64,000 bases of DNA from an uncultured Collinsella sp. (GCA_902491615.1 CABUIH010000002.1:24383-88382); one strand, 5' to 3'. Shown: positions 1 through 10,400, numbered from the stretch's first letter. Made by a program: numbers and translations. Notes: generated from the sequence alone by a model not told the origin.

Positions 1-1
1 G

Positions 2-2053
2 GTGTACGGCCGTGGCCGTGCCGTCGTGGTCGGCACCGGCATGAACACCGAGATGGGTAAGATCGCCGGCGCTCTGGCCGAGGCCAAGGAAGAGCTCACG
101 CCGCTGCAGGTGAAGCTTGCCGAGCTCAGCCGCATCCTCACCATCATGGTTATCGTCATCTGCGTCGTCATCTTTGGCGTCGACATCATCCGCCACGGCG
201 TGGGCAACGTCCTCACTGACCCGACAGCCTTGCTCGATACCTTTATGGTTGCCGTCTCGCTCGCCGTCGCTGCCATCCCCGAGGGCCTGGTCGCCGTCGT
301 GACCATCGTGCTGTCGCTTGGCGTGACCAAGATGGCCAAGCGCCAGGCAATCATCCGCAAGCTCTCTGCCGTCGAGACCCTTGGCTGCACGCAGACCATC
401 TGCTCGGACAAGACCGGTACCCTTACCCAAAACAAGATGACCGTCGTCAAGCACGAGCTCGCTGCGCCTAAGGAGAAGTTCCTGGCCGGCATGGCGCTGT
501 GCTCCGACGCCCAGTGGGACGAGGAGCTGGGCGAGGCCGTGGGTGAGCCGACCGAGTGCGCGCTCGTCAACGATGCCGGCAAGGCTGGTCTCACTGGCCT
601 GACTGCCGAGCACCCGCGTGTGGGTGAGGCCCCGTTCGACTCGGGCCGCAAGATGATGTCCGTGGTCGTCGAGACCCTGGACGGCGAGTACGAGCAGTAC
701 ACCAAGGGCGCGCCCGACGTGGTGATCGGCCTGTGCACCCATATCTACGACGGCGACAGGGTCGTTCCGCTGACCGAGGAGCGTCGTGCCGAGCTCGTGG
801 CCGCCAACAAGGCCATGGCCGACGAGGCCCTGCGCGTGCTGGCGCTGGCAAGCCGCACCTACACCGAGGTTCCGGCCGACTGCAGCCCCGCCGCGCTCGA
901 GCACGACCTGGTCTTCTGCGGCCTGTCCGGCATGATTGACCCGGTCCGCCCCGAGGTCGCCGACGCCATCCGCGAGGCGCACGACGCCGGTATCCGCACC
1001 GTCATGATCACGGGCGACCACATCGACACCGCCGTGGCCATCGCCAAGCAGCTGGGCATCGTCACCGATCGCAGCCATGCCATCACCGGTGCCGACCTCG
1101 ATCGCATGAGCGACGAGGAACTCGACGCGCACATCGAGGACTACGGCGTGTACGCCCGCGTCCAGCCCGAGCATAAGACACGCATCGTCGAGGCTTGGAA
1201 GTCGCGCGACCAGATCGTGGCCATGACGGGCGACGGCGTCAACGACGCCCCGTCCATCAAGCGCGCCGACATCGGCGTTGGCATGGGCATCACCGGTACC
1301 GATGTCACCAAGAACGTCGCCGACATGGTTCTTGCCGACGACAACTTCGCCACCATCATCGGTGCTTGCGAAGAGGGGCGCCGCATCTACGACAACATCC
1401 GCAAGGTCATCCAGTTCCTGCTTTCGGCCAACCTTGCCGAGGTGTTCTCGGTGTTTATCGCCACGCTCATCGGCTTTACCATCTTTCAGCCGGTGCAGCT
1501 GCTGTGGGTGAACCTGGTCACCGACTGCTTCCCCGCGCTCGCGCTGGGCATGGAGGATGCCGAGGGCGACATCATGAAGCGCAAGCCGCGCAACGCCAAG
1601 GACGGCGTCTTTGCCGGACATATGGGTCTGGACTGCGTGGTCCAGGGCCTGATCATCACCGTGCTGGTGCTGGCGAGCTTCTTTGTGGGCGTGTACTTTG
1701 ACATGGGCTACATCCACATCGCCGATATGATCGCCGGCAATGCCGACGAGGAAGGCGTGATGATGGCGTTCATCACGCTCAACATGGTCGAGATTTTCCA
1801 CTGCTTCAATATGCGCAGCCGTCGTGCGTCGCTGTTCACCATGAAGAAGCAGAACAAGTGGCTGTGGGCTTCCGCCGCGCTGGCACTGGTGCTGACGGTG
1901 ATCGTGACCGTGCAGCCGACGCTTGCCGAGATGTTCTTCGGCCCTGTGACGCTTGAGCTCAAGGGCGTTCTTGCCGCTTTGGGCCTGGCCTTCCTGATCA
2001 TCCCGCTGATGGAGATCTACAAGGCGATCATGCGCGCGGTCGAGAAAGAGTAA
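2..2053 (+). CDS. Cation-transporting P-type ATPase (Ca2+/type IIA-like), 5' end outside window
   Basis: DKTGT phosphorylation motif, AIPEGL, KGAPD, MITGD and TGDGVNDAP motifs; C-terminal TM helices. Confidence 0.95.
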   Translation: MYGRGRAVVVGTGMNTEMGKIAGALAEAKEELTPLQVKLAELSRILTIMVIVICVVIFGVDIIRHGVGNVLTDPTALLDTFMVAVSLAVAAIPEGLVAVVTIVLSLGVTKMAKRQAIIRKLSAVETLGCTQTICSDKTGTLTQNKMTVVKHELAAPKEKFLAGMALCSDAQWDEELGEAVGEPTECALVNDAGKAGLTGLTAEHPRVGEAPFDSGRKMMSVVVETLDGEYEQYTKGAPDVVIGLCTHIYDGDRVVPLTEERRAELVAANKAMADEALRVLALASRTYTEVPADCSPAALEHDLVFCGLSGMIDPVRPEVADAIREAHDAGIRTVMITGDHIDTAVAIAKQLGIVTDRSHAITGADLDRMSDEELDAHIEDYGVYARVQPEHKTRIVEAWKSRDQIVAMTGDGVNDAPSIKRADIGVGMGITGTDVTKNVADMVLADDNFATIIGACEEGRRIYDNIRKVIQFLLSANLAEVFSVFIATLIGFTIFQPVQLLWVNLVTDCFPALALGMEDAEGDIMKRKPRNAKDGVFAGHMGLDCVVQGLIITVLVLASFFVGVYFDMGYIHIADMIAGNADEEGVMMAFITLNMVEIFHCFNMRSRRASLFTMKKQNKWLWASAALALVLTVIVTVQPTLAEMFFGPVTLELKGVLAALGLAFLIIPLMEIYKAIMRAVEKE

Positions 2054-2064
2054 TGTTCCTGTCC

Positions 2065-2159
2065 GGGCCCGACCGCCTGCGGGGTTTCCACGGGCACGTC
2101 CTCGCCGCTTTGCGGCTGCGGGATGTGCCCTTAGGAAACCCCTCCCGGCGGGCGGGCCC
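2065..2159. repeat. Long imperfect GC-rich stem-loop downstream of the ATPase
   Basis: Nested arms gggccc/gggccc, ggggtttcc/ggaaacccc, gggcacgtcc/ggatgtgccc, gccgc-ttt-gcggc. Confidence 0.6.
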
Positions 2160-2219
2160 TGCGGTATCCTTGCTGGCTTTTCTCCCGCGCGGATGATAAA
2201 GGGCTGAGGGAAAGTTTGT

Positions 2220-2253
2220 GAGCTGGTCGGGCTTTGCCCGGCCAGCTCTTTTT
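2220..2253 (+). terminator. Rho-independent terminator
   Basis: gagctggtcggg-ctttg-cccggccagctc followed by a T run. Confidence 0.75.
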
Positions 2254-2290
2254 GATTTAGGGCTTTGCCCGGCCAGCTCTTTTTGATTTA
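2229..2290. repeat. Perfect 31-bp tandem duplication
   Basis: gggctttgcccggccagctctttttgattta at 2229-2259 and 2260-2290. Confidence 0.95.
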
Positions 2291-2332
2291 AAATACCTGC
2301 TCAGTTGTGATTTGTGGTGCTGGGAGGCGCTT

Positions 2333-3517
2333 GTGGGCAAGGCTAAGGCTAAAGCGAAGAAAAAGACGACGGGGGCGCGGGCTAAGCGCGATCGTCGTCG
2401 GAAGCTCGCGACCGAAGCCCCCGCGTCTGCCGAGGAGCTGCTGGCAAACGTGCCGGGACTTGACGCGCTGCAGGATGTTCCGGCGTTCGATGACCTGCCG
2501 GTCGATGAAGCTCAGCAGGCGGCATTTGACGACTTTTGCGCACATGTCGAGGAGCCCGAGCAGATGCGGCTGGGTGCCGTGGTGCGCTTGGATCGCGGGT
2601 TTCCGCTGGTGGCGACTGCCGACGATACCTTCCGCGCCGAGCATGCCGTGGGGTTTGCCAAGTCGCGCGGCGAGGACGAGGTCCTGCTGCCTGCCGTGGG
2701 CGACCGTGTGGCGGTGCGCCGCGCTCCCGGGCACGATATGGGCGTGATTGAGTGCGTGCTGCCGCGCCGTACGAGCTTTGAGCGTTGGCGCGGCCGTGCC
2801 CGTGGAGAGCGCCAGGTGCTCTGCTCCAACGTGGATAGCGTGCTAATCGTGCAGGCGCTCGGTGCCGGTGAGGTGCTGCTCGACCGCGTGGCGCGCTCGC
2901 TGGTGTTGGCGCTCGACTGCGATGCCGAGCCGGTGGTGGTGCTCACCAAAGCTGACCGCTGCGATGCCGAGGAGCTCGAGCGCGATCTGGACCGCGTGCG
3001 CCGCCTGGTGGGTCCGGACATGCGCGTGATCGTGACGTCCTCTGCCGAGGGGCGCGGCCTGGACGAGGTCCGTGTCTGCGTGCCTGCCGGGAGCTGCGCC
3101 ATGATTCTGGGCGAGTCGGGTGCCGGCAAGTCGACGCTGCTCAATGCGCTGCTGGGCCACGATACGTTGGCGACTGGCGGTGTGCGCGAACGCGACGACC
3201 AGGGCCGTCACACTACCGTCGCGCGCGTGATGGTGGCACTGCCGGGCGACGCCGGCGTGATCGCCGATGCCCCGGGCCTGCGCAGCTTACCGCTCGTGGG
3301 TCACGAGCGGGGTCTGGCGCGCGCCTTCCCCGAGATTGTCGAGGCATCGCGCGCGTGCCGGTTTGGCGACTGCACGCATACCCACGAACCGGGCTGCGCC
3401 GTTCGCGAGGCCGAGGACGCCGGGCAGATCGACAGTCTGCGTCTGGAAACGTTCCAAAACTTGGCGTCATCCATGCGCGTGAGCGCTCAAATGCTCGATC
3501 CCGATGTCCATCTGTAA
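2333..3517 (+). CDS. rsgA: Ribosome small subunit-dependent GTPase A
   Basis: Circularly permuted GTPase (TKAD, GESGAGKST, GRHTT, DAPG) with C-terminal CRFGDCTHTHEPGC zinc finger; GTG start after ggagg. Confidence 0.93.
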   Translation: MGKAKAKAKKKTTGARAKRDRRRKLATEAPASAEELLANVPGLDALQDVPAFDDLPVDEAQQAAFDDFCAHVEEPEQMRLGAVVRLDRGFPLVATADDTFRAEHAVGFAKSRGEDEVLLPAVGDRVAVRRAPGHDMGVIECVLPRRTSFERWRGRARGERQVLCSNVDSVLIVQALGAGEVLLDRVARSLVLALDCDAEPVVVLTKADRCDAEELERDLDRVRRLVGPDMRVIVTSSAEGRGLDEVRVCVPAGSCAMILGESGAGKSTLLNALLGHDTLATGGVRERDDQGRHTTVARVMVALPGDAGVIADAPGLRSLPLVGHERGLARAFPEIVEASRACRFGDCTHTHEPGCAVREAEDAGQIDSLRLETFQNLASSMRVSAQMLDPDVHL

Positions 3518-3534
3518 TTGATTTTTCCTATGAC

Positions 3535-3569
3535 AGCCGTCTCCCAACTGTTCGGGAGACGGCTTTTTT
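3535..3569 (+). terminator. Rho-independent terminator
   Basis: agccgtctccc-aactgttc-gggagacggct followed by a T run. Confidence 0.85.
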
Positions 3570-3769
3570 GCTGCGGAAAAGCCTCGAAACATGCAGTTTG
3601 CTGACGTGCTGACCAAAACCTTGCCACGAGCTTGACGGGCTGGTCAGCTTTTGGTCAGCGATTGGTTTGACATCGAAAACCAAGATCGCGATTGCGCCGC
3701 TTTGCGCTCTGACCGCCCAGACAATGGTGGTACGGGCATTCGCCCGGCACTGCCATGAGAGGAGCGGCC

Positions 3770-4429
3770 GTGAACAAGAGCAAGCGCATCGCTATCAGTC
3801 TGGTCGCGGGCGTGCTCGCTGCTCTGCTCTGCATGGTTTACGGCTCGTCGATCCGCTCGCAAGCCGAACAGGTCCAGGCTGAGACCTTGGCCAAGTACGG
3901 TGGCGATCGCGTCGAGGTATGCGTCGCGGCGCGCGATATCGATGTGGGCGAGACCCTCGATGAGACCAATGTCATAACCCAGGAATGGCTGACGAGCCTG
4001 TTGCCGCGTGACGCGGCGACCGAGCTGCGCCAGGTGCGCGGCGACGTGACGACTTCGCGTATTCCCAAAAACGCCGTGATCTGCAATGTCTACACCAAGG
4101 CCGAGAGTCACAAGCTCGAGGTGCCTAAGGGCAAGGTCGCCGTTTCGGTGGCGGTCGATGCCGAGCACTCGGTCGGCGGTGCTACGGGCGTGGGCAGCTA
4201 CGTGGATGTGTATGTGCAAAAAGACGGCGTAACCGATCGGTTGTGCGGCGCGTACGTGATCGATACCAGTGAAGATTCCGGTGCCACGCGCGAGGGCAAG
4301 ATCGAATGGGTGACGCTGGCGGCTGACCCCGAAGACGTCAAGGAACTGCTGGGGGCATCGGGCAAGGGAACGGTCAGCTTGACGATTCCCTCCACGGCGC
4401 GCGGCAAAAAGAGCGGAGGCGACGAGTGA
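3770..4429 (+). CDS. cpaB: Flp pilus assembly protein CpaB/RcpC (SAF domain)
   Basis: N-terminal TM, VCVAARDIDVGETL SAF motif, GKVAVSV...VGG...GSYVDV RcpC motif; first gene of the tad locus. Confidence 0.85.
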   Translation: MNKSKRIAISLVAGVLAALLCMVYGSSIRSQAEQVQAETLAKYGGDRVEVCVAARDIDVGETLDETNVITQEWLTSLLPRDAATELRQVRGDVTTSRIPKNAVICNVYTKAESHKLEVPKGKVAVSVAVDAEHSVGGATGVGSYVDVYVQKDGVTDRLCGAYVIDTSEDSGATREGKIEWVTLAADPEDVKELLGASGKGTVSLTIPSTARGKKSGGDE

Positions 4430-6075
4430 TGAAGGCGATCTGGCTTGCGTGCTGCGCGTGCGGCGATTACGGGCTGTTGCAGCGGGAAGTCGAGGGCCGT
4501 GATACGGGTGCACAGGTGCTTCGTGTGGGTGACCTGGACGGGCTGGTTTCCATGGCTCGGGCGTTTCCGTCGCGCCGCGGGGCTGCCATCATCGCGGCGT
4601 CTCTGTTTGATACCGAAGATGTGCGCAAGACTGTTGCGCGCCTGACGGCCGAAGGCCGCGTGAGTCGCGTGGTCGTGTTGATAGAAGCGCTCGATCCGTC
4701 GGATATCGAGGGGCTGTTTCGCGCGGGGGCGACCGAGGTCATCGCTGCGCACAGCATATGCGGCAACGGGCGCGCGGGCGAGGGAGCGGTTGATTCCGAT
4801 CGGCGCATGACGATTGAGCCCGATGCTTTTGTTGATAGGGAACCCGGGGCGCCTCGCGCTACAAGAGGCCCGCGTGTTGATGATTATGGAAAAGCGGAAG
4901 CCGAGCATGGTCGGCGCCCCCGGAACCCCCTTGTATACGATGACGCTGGGGGGCCGGCACAGCATGCTGGCGACTCCCCGGCTGTAGATATGGGATACGT
5001 GCACGGCGTGAATCTGGCGGATGAACTCGACGAAGTTGAGGGCTTTGCCGGGTGCGGCGAGTTGTCGCTGATGCAGCATGAGCAGATTGCACAGAACGAG
5101 CCTGCCTTGCAGACCGAACAAGCTGCCATGCCGGCTTGGACGCAGCGTGTGGTTGCGGCGGGGGAGACGGGGACGCTGTCGCCGACGCCCGCCCCGCCGC
5201 CTCCGATGCCGCCGGCAGACGCTGCCGCTCCGCAGCATCGAGCTCCGGTCATCTGCGCCATTTCGGGTTCGGGCGGTTGCGGCAAGTCGACGATCGTTGC
5301 CACCATGGCACACACATCGTCGCTGTTGGGCTTGCGTGCCGCCGTGCTCGACCTGGACCTGATGTTTGGAAACCTTTACGACTTGTTAGGCGTCGATGCT
5401 CCGCGCGATATGGCGGCACTTATCGAGCCGGCGGCGGGCGCGCTCACCGAGCCGGATATCGTAGCCACATCGATGCGCGTGGCGCCAGGCGTTACGCTCT
5501 GGGGTCCCGTTGCGGCGCCCGAGCAAGCCGAGCTCATGGCACGTCCGGTGGAGCTACTGCTTGATGTTTTGCGTCGCGAATCCGACGTGGTCTTTATCGA
5601 TACCTCGGTCTTTTGGGGCGACGCCGTGGCGGCTGCGGTGGCGGCGAGCGACCGTTGCCTGGTCGTTGGCGATGCTGCGGTGTCGTCCGCGACGTCGGCG
5701 TCGCGCGTCATTGAACTGGCGAGTCGAGTAGGTGTGCCGCGCACGCGCATGAGCGCCGTGTTCAACCGGTTCGGTGCGCGCGGAGCAGACGAGGATGTTG
5801 CCATGCGCTTTGAGATTGCCTGTGCGTTGAGCTCCAAGATTCGCATCGCCGATGGCGGGCAGGATCTCGCCGCGCTCATGGCGTTTGGGCGCGCTGACGA
5901 GGCAGTGGGGCAGACCAGCGCTTTTGCGACCAGCGTGCGCGAGGCCACGCGCGAGATGCTCGTGGAACTGGGGTGCGCCGTCGGCCCTTGGAGCGATATA
6001 GTCGCCGACCGTGCAACGCGCACCGATCGCCCGCGTATCCGCCTTCCCTGGTCGCGCGAGGGTGATCAGCGATGA
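4426..6075 (+). CDS. TadZ/CpaE-like MinD/ParA-family pilus localisation ATPase
   Basis: Degenerate receiver-like N-terminus, SGSGGCGKST P-loop, DLDLMFG; lies between cpaB and cpaF. Confidence 0.8.
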   Translation: MMKAIWLACCACGDYGLLQREVEGRDTGAQVLRVGDLDGLVSMARAFPSRRGAAIIAASLFDTEDVRKTVARLTAEGRVSRVVVLIEALDPSDIEGLFRAGATEVIAAHSICGNGRAGEGAVDSDRRMTIEPDAFVDREPGAPRATRGPRVDDYGKAEAEHGRRPRNPLVYDDAGGPAQHAGDSPAVDMGYVHGVNLADELDEVEGFAGCGELSLMQHEQIAQNEPALQTEQAAMPAWTQRVVAAGETGTLSPTPAPPPPMPPADAAAPQHRAPVICAISGSGGCGKSTIVATMAHTSSLLGLRAAVLDLDLMFGNLYDLLGVDAPRDMAALIEPAAGALTEPDIVATSMRVAPGVTLWGPVAAPEQAELMARPVELLLDVLRRESDVVFIDTSVFWGDAVAAAVAASDRCLVVGDAAVSSATSASRVIELASRVGVPRTRMSAVFNRFGARGADEDVAMRFEIACALSSKIRIADGGQDLAALMAFGRADEAVGQTSAFATSVREATREMLVELGCAVGPWSDIVADRATRTDRPRIRLPWSREGDQR

Positions 6076-7400
6076 GCCTGCAAACAAGGATTAAGGCTGC
6101 CGGCGCTGCAGCGGAGGCAGCGCCTGTAGATGCGGGGCGTCGCCGCGCGGTGAAACGACGTACCAAGCGCGCCGTGATGGACCGCATGGGTTACGACGAA
6201 GTGGCGCGTATCAGCGCCTATATCGACCCGGCACTTGCCCGCTCGGAATTGCGTCCCGCGGTGGAGGCGGCGCTCAATGTTGAAGAGCCGACCGATCTCG
6301 CGACGACCGAGCGCGAGGCCATCATCGACGAGATTTTGGATGACGTGGTGGGCCTGGGGCCGTTGCAGCCGCTCATCGAGGACGACACCGTTACCGAGAT
6401 CATGATCAACGGCTGCCGCTCGGCTTTCTTTGAACGCGGCGGCGTCTTGTACCCCATCGAGCATGCGTTTGAGGATGATGAGCAGATCCGTGTGCTTATC
6501 GACCGCATCATCTCGCCACTTGGCCGCCGTATCGACGAGCGCAGCCCCATCGTCAACGCCCGTCTCAAAACGGGCTATCGCGTCAACGCGGTGATTCCGC
6601 CTGTGGCGATTGACGGACCGATTCTCACCATCCGAAAGTTCTCGGACCGTATCTGCTCGCTGGACGAGCTTGTGGGGCTGGGGTCGCTGCCGCTTTGGTA
6701 TGCGCAGCTGCTGTCGTGCGCTGTGTCGCTGCGACAGGACCTGGCGGTTGCGGGAGGCACGGGATCTGGTAAGACCACTCTGCTCAACGCGTTGTCATGC
6801 GAGATCTCCACCGGCGAGCGCATCGTGACGATCGAGGACTCTGCCGAGCTCAAGTTTGCGCATCATCCGCACGTGGTGCGCCTAGAGGCGCGCGAGGCTT
6901 CAATTGAGGGCGAGGGCGCGGTGACGATCCGCGACCTGGTGACCAATGCCCTGCGCATGCGCCCCGACCGCATCGTGGTGGGCGAGGTGCGCGGTGCCGA
7001 GTGCTGCGACATGTTGCAGGCCATGAACACGGGCCACGACGGGTCGCTCACCACGCTTCATGCGGGTTCCGAGCAGGAGACCGTGGTGCGTCTGACGTTG
7101 CTTGCACGTTATGGCATCGATCTGCCGAGCGAGCTCATCGAGGAGCAGATTGCCATGGCGCTCGACGGCATCGTGATGTCCGAGCGCCACGCCGATGGCA
7201 GGCGTTTCGTCTCCTCGTATTCGGGGGTGCGTCGCGCCGCGTCGGGCGGCGTAGAGCTCGAGCGCTATGTGACTTTCGATGCCGCCGAGCGCACCTGGAA
7301 GCTTGACCGCGAGCCGCCGTTTATCGCAGAAGGCCTGCGGTCGGGGACGCTCACACAAGAGGAGGTGGACGAATGGAGGTCGCTGTGCCCCTCGTCGTAG
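6072..7400 (+). CDS. tadA: Tad pilus assembly ATPase CpaF/TadA
   Basis: [55 protein letters not shown] motifs. Confidence 0.95.
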   Translation: MSLQTRIKAAGAAAEAAPVDAGRRRAVKRRTKRAVMDRMGYDEVARISAYIDPALARSELRPAVEAALNVEEPTDLATTEREAIIDEILDDVVGLGPLQPLIEDDTVTEIMINGCRSAFFERGGVLYPIEHAFEDDEQIRVLIDRIISPLGRRIDERSPIVNARLKTGYRVNAVIPPVAIDGPILTIRKFSDRICSLDELVGLGSLPLWYAQLLSCAVSLRQDLAVAGGTGSGKTTLLNALSCEISTGERIVTIEDSAELKFAHHPHVVRLEAREASIEGEGAVTIRDLVTNALRMRPDRIVVGEVRGAECCDMLQAMNTGHDGSLTTLHAGSEQETVVRLTLLARYGIDLPSELIEEQIAMALDGIVMSERHADGRRFVSSYSGVRRAASGGVELERYVTFDAAERTWKLDREPPFIAEGLRSGTLTQEEVDEWRSLCPSS

Positions 7401-8299
7401 GGGGTTTGGCAGGGTTTTCTGTTGCGACGGCGTGCGGGGCGGAACCTCGTGTGCCGCAGGTGCCGCCGACGGAGCTGGCGCGTCAGGCGCTCGAGACGGT
7501 GGCAGAGAAGTTGCCGCGTGAGCTGGTGGAAAACGATCTGCTGAAAAAGATCGCCCGTTCGTGGGCATCGCTGGCTCCGGCGCATCGCCTTGGCCTCGTG
7601 ATCGAAGATGCTTCGGGGCGTTTGGCGTTTCTGCTGCTATCGAGCGGTGTCTGCTGCGTTTTACTAACGATGGTGTCGTTATCGCCCCTCGGATTTGCCT
7701 TGGGACTTGTTGTTCCGATTGCCGTTGGCGCCGCTCGGGATGGCTTTGAGAGCCGGCGCGAGCAACACGATACAGAAGAGGCCATGCCCGAGGCGTTTAC
7801 CGCACTTTCCATGTCGCTTGCCTCGGGACATTCGCTGGCCCAGGGCATGCGCTTTGTGGGCGCTCATGCGCAAGAGCCGGTACATACCGAGTTTTTGCGG
7901 GTAGCGGCGGCGATCGATTGCGGCATCTCGGCGACCGACGCGCTCGATGACTTGCTCGTGCGCATCGACGCCCCCGGCCTTTCGCTTGTGACCTTGGCGC
8001 TTAAGGTGTCTCAGCGCACCGGTGCTCCGCTTGCCGACTTACTGTCCGAGGCGTCGAGCATGGTGGGGGAGCGCATTGAGCTCAAGCGCCGCCTGGATGT
8101 TAAGACGTCGCAGGCTCGCATGTCTGCGCATATGGTCGCGGCGATGCCGGCGGGCATGTGCGCGGTGTTGGCGCTGCTTTCGGCAGATTTTCGTCGCGGT
8201 CTTGCGACGCCTGCCGGTGCGGGCGCTGTGGTGCTGGGTCTAGCCCTCAACGTCGTTGCCCTGGTGGTTATCCGGCGCATTATGCGGGTGGAGCTATGA
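7373..8299 (+). CDS. tadB: TadB-like type II secretion system F-family platform protein
   Basis: T2SSF pattern (PEAF..LS.SL.SG.SL, QRTGAPLA..L, TSQARMS) with TM helices; follows tadA. Confidence 0.85.
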   Translation: MEVAVPLVVGGLAGFSVATACGAEPRVPQVPPTELARQALETVAEKLPRELVENDLLKKIARSWASLAPAHRLGLVIEDASGRLAFLLLSSGVCCVLLTMVSLSPLGFALGLVVPIAVGAARDGFESRREQHDTEEAMPEAFTALSMSLASGHSLAQGMRFVGAHAQEPVHTEFLRVAAAIDCGISATDALDDLLVRIDAPGLSLVTLALKVSQRTGAPLADLLSEASSMVGERIELKRRLDVKTSQARMSAHMVAAMPAGMCAVLALLSADFRRGLATPAGAGAVVLGLALNVVALVVIRRIMRVEL

Positions 8300-8937
8300 G
8301 CGCCCTGGTTGCAGTTGTGGCTTGCCTGTGTGCCCTGAGTGTATTTGTCGCGACGGGTTTGGATCGGGCGGATGCGCGCAAGATCGCAGGGGCCTGCAAG
8401 CGCGAGGCGGTGCTGGTCGCTGCCGCGGGTCGCTCGGTGGTCGATGCCCTGACCGCGCGAGTGAAGGGCGCGGTTGGAGCGGGCGGCCCGGCGCGAGTGT
8501 CGCTCGGCGAAGTGTCCGAGATGATCGATGTTGTGCGCTTGGGCCTTTCGGCCGGTCTTTCGTTTGATGCGGCGCTTGAGATTTTCTGCGCCAACCGTCG
8601 GTCAGTGCTGGCTCTTCGCCTTGAGCGGGCCTGCATGGCGTGGCAAGTGGGCGTGGGTACGCGTGAGGACGAGTTGTTGGCCGCCGCGCGCGACCTGGAC
8701 GTGCGAGCGCTCGAGACCTTTGCCATCACGGTGGGGCAGGCGCTCGCCCTGGGTGCCCCACTTGCCGAGACGTTGGCCGCTCAAAGTCGCGAGATCCGTG
8801 CGGCTCATCGCGCCGCGGTCGAGCGCGAGATTGAGCGTGCGCCCGTCAAGCTGCTGATTCCCACCGGCACGCTCATCTTGCCGGCGTTGCTTCTGTCCAT
8901 ATTGGGCCCGCTGCTGGGAGCAGGCGGGATGATGTAG
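8296..8937 (+). CDS. tadC: TadC-like type II secretion system F-family platform protein
   Basis: GLSAGLSFDAAL, QALALGAPLAETL, APVKLLIP...LILPA; ATGA overlap with tadB. Confidence 0.85.
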   Translation: MSALVAVVACLCALSVFVATGLDRADARKIAGACKREAVLVAAAGRSVVDALTARVKGAVGAGGPARVSLGEVSEMIDVVRLGLSAGLSFDAALEIFCANRRSVLALRLERACMAWQVGVGTREDELLAAARDLDVRALETFAITVGQALALGAPLAETLAAQSREIRAAHRAAVEREIERAPVKLLIPTGTLILPALLLSILGPLLGAGGMM

Positions 8938-8947
8938 GGAGGAATAC

Positions 8948-9181
8948 ATGAACACGATGGTCGAAGTTGCTGACAAGGCTTGGAACTGGGCTTTTTGCCG
9001 GGCGATTCTCGCTCGCCAGCATGCCAAGGAGCTGTTGCAGGAGGAGAGCGCGCAGGGTACCACCGAGTACGCCATTTTGGTGGGTGTGCTTGTGGTGATC
9101 GCGATTATTGCCATCGTTGCATTTAAAGGCAAGGTCCAAGATCTATGGAACGCTATCAGCGAGGGCATCAACAGCCTGTAG
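8948..9181 (+). CDS. Flp-family type IVc major pilin
   Basis: 77 aa, EESAQG-TTEYAILVGVLVVIAIIAI class III signal with the Flp EY motif; strong RBS. Confidence 0.85.
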   Translation: MNTMVEVADKAWNWAFCRAILARQHAKELLQEESAQGTTEYAILVGVLVVIAIIAIVAFKGKVQDLWNAISEGINSL

Positions 9182-9201
9182 AGGGCGAGCGCCCCATCGG
9201 G

Positions 9202-9708
9202 GTGTTGCTGGTGTTTGCATGCCTGACCGTGGCGATAGCGGCGGTGCTTTGGGGGCTTAACGCCGCGCGGCAGCAGCGTCCTGGGGCCGCCTTCGATTCG
9301 GGCTCAGATTCGGCGGTGGCGTCTCAAAAAGATGAGATGCGAGATGTGGACGATTCGGATGTCGCTGTCACGGCGCAAACCTTTCTGCGGACGCTCGACA
9401 AGCGGTCTGGCACTGCGACGGATTCGTCTGAGGACAACGCGATTGCGGTCCGGCTTGCATGGTCCGAGGACCGACCGATGACCGAGGCAGCGGCGGATAT
9501 GTTACGCGCCTACCGCGAGGTGCCAACGGCCCAGCTCGCCCTGAGCGGCTATCTCGATATTAAGGGCAACGTATGGGGCGCTATCGTGCGTGACGGACGC
9601 GGCTGGGTCGATATGGTGACGGTTGCCGCGGATACCGGCGATGCTTCGTGTCGTCTGCGCGCCGTGCGCCTGGTACCGCAAACAATAAGCTCAAAGGAGG
9701 GATCGTGA
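9202..9708 (+). CDS. Hypothetical membrane-anchored protein in the tad locus (start uncertain)
   Basis: ORF fills the gap between two pilin genes; N-terminal hydrophobic helix. Confidence 0.6.
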   Translation: MLLVFACLTVAIAAVLWGLNAARQQRPGAAFDSGSDSAVASQKDEMRDVDDSDVAVTAQTFLRTLDKRSGTATDSSEDNAIAVRLAWSEDRPMTEAAADMLRAYREVPTAQLALSGYLDIKGNVWGAIVRDGRGWVDMVTVAADTGDASCRLRAVRLVPQTISSKEGS

Positions 9709-9709
9709 A

Positions 9710-9928
9710 ATGCATGGCGTTCTGCGTGAAGAGGTTGCCCAAGCGACTGTGGAATACGCCATCGTCACGGTGGCGCTGCTTTCCATCGTGCTGGCGATCG
9801 CGGGGCTTTGGCGTGCCGGTGCCGATGGGCGCTTGGCGGCGCTGGTCGAGCGGGCGGCATCTCACGGCGTCACCTCGACATCGGTTGTCGACGCTGCTGC
9901 GGGTGCTAAGGACATCGTGTTGTATTGA
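9710..9928 (+). CDS. Flp/TadE-like minor pilin
   Basis: REEVAQA-TVEYAIVTVALL motif; aaggagg RBS. Confidence 0.75.
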   Translation: MHGVLREEVAQATVEYAIVTVALLSIVLAIAGLWRAGADGRLAALVERAASHGVTSTSVVDAAAGAKDIVLY

Positions 9929-10400
9929 TGTTGCGCGCGAGGACCGGGCGCAGTCTACGGTCGAGGCCGCTTTTTTGCTGCCGACGTTTTTGACGCTCAT
10001 CCTTCTCGCCCTGCAACCGGTGTGCCTGCTTTATACGCGCGCGGTCATGGAGTCTGCCGCCGCCGAGACCGCGCGGCTCATGACCACGACGACGGCGGAG
10101 GATGACGATCTTAAGGAGTTCACCTGCCGCCGGCTTGCCGCAGTGCCCAACGTTTCGATCTTTCATGCCGGCGGGCCGTTGTCGTGGGATATCGAGCTTG
10201 GTCGGGCCGATGCGGGTGGCGTCTCGTCCGTGTCCGTTTCTGGCGAGGTCAAGCCGTTGCCTGTGATCGGTGCGTTTGTGCAGGCTATGGGTGGTACCGC
10301 CGAGGGCGGCTACGTTGAGCTCAAGGTTGATGTCTCATATCAATCACGTCCCGAATGGCTGGAGGGAGATTATGATTCGTGGATTGCTGCATGGGATTAA
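9903..10400 (+). CDS. TadE-family pseudopilin (start uncertain)
   Basis: REDRAQS-TVEAAFLLPTFLTLIL...AAAETAR TadE pattern. Confidence 0.8.
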   Translation: MLRTSCCIDVAREDRAQSTVEAAFLLPTFLTLILLALQPVCLLYTRAVMESAAAETARLMTTTTAEDDDLKEFTCRRLAAVPNVSIFHAGGPLSWDIELGRADAGGVSSVSVSGEVKPLPVIGAFVQAMGGTAEGGYVELKVDVSYQSRPEWLEGDYDSWIAAWD

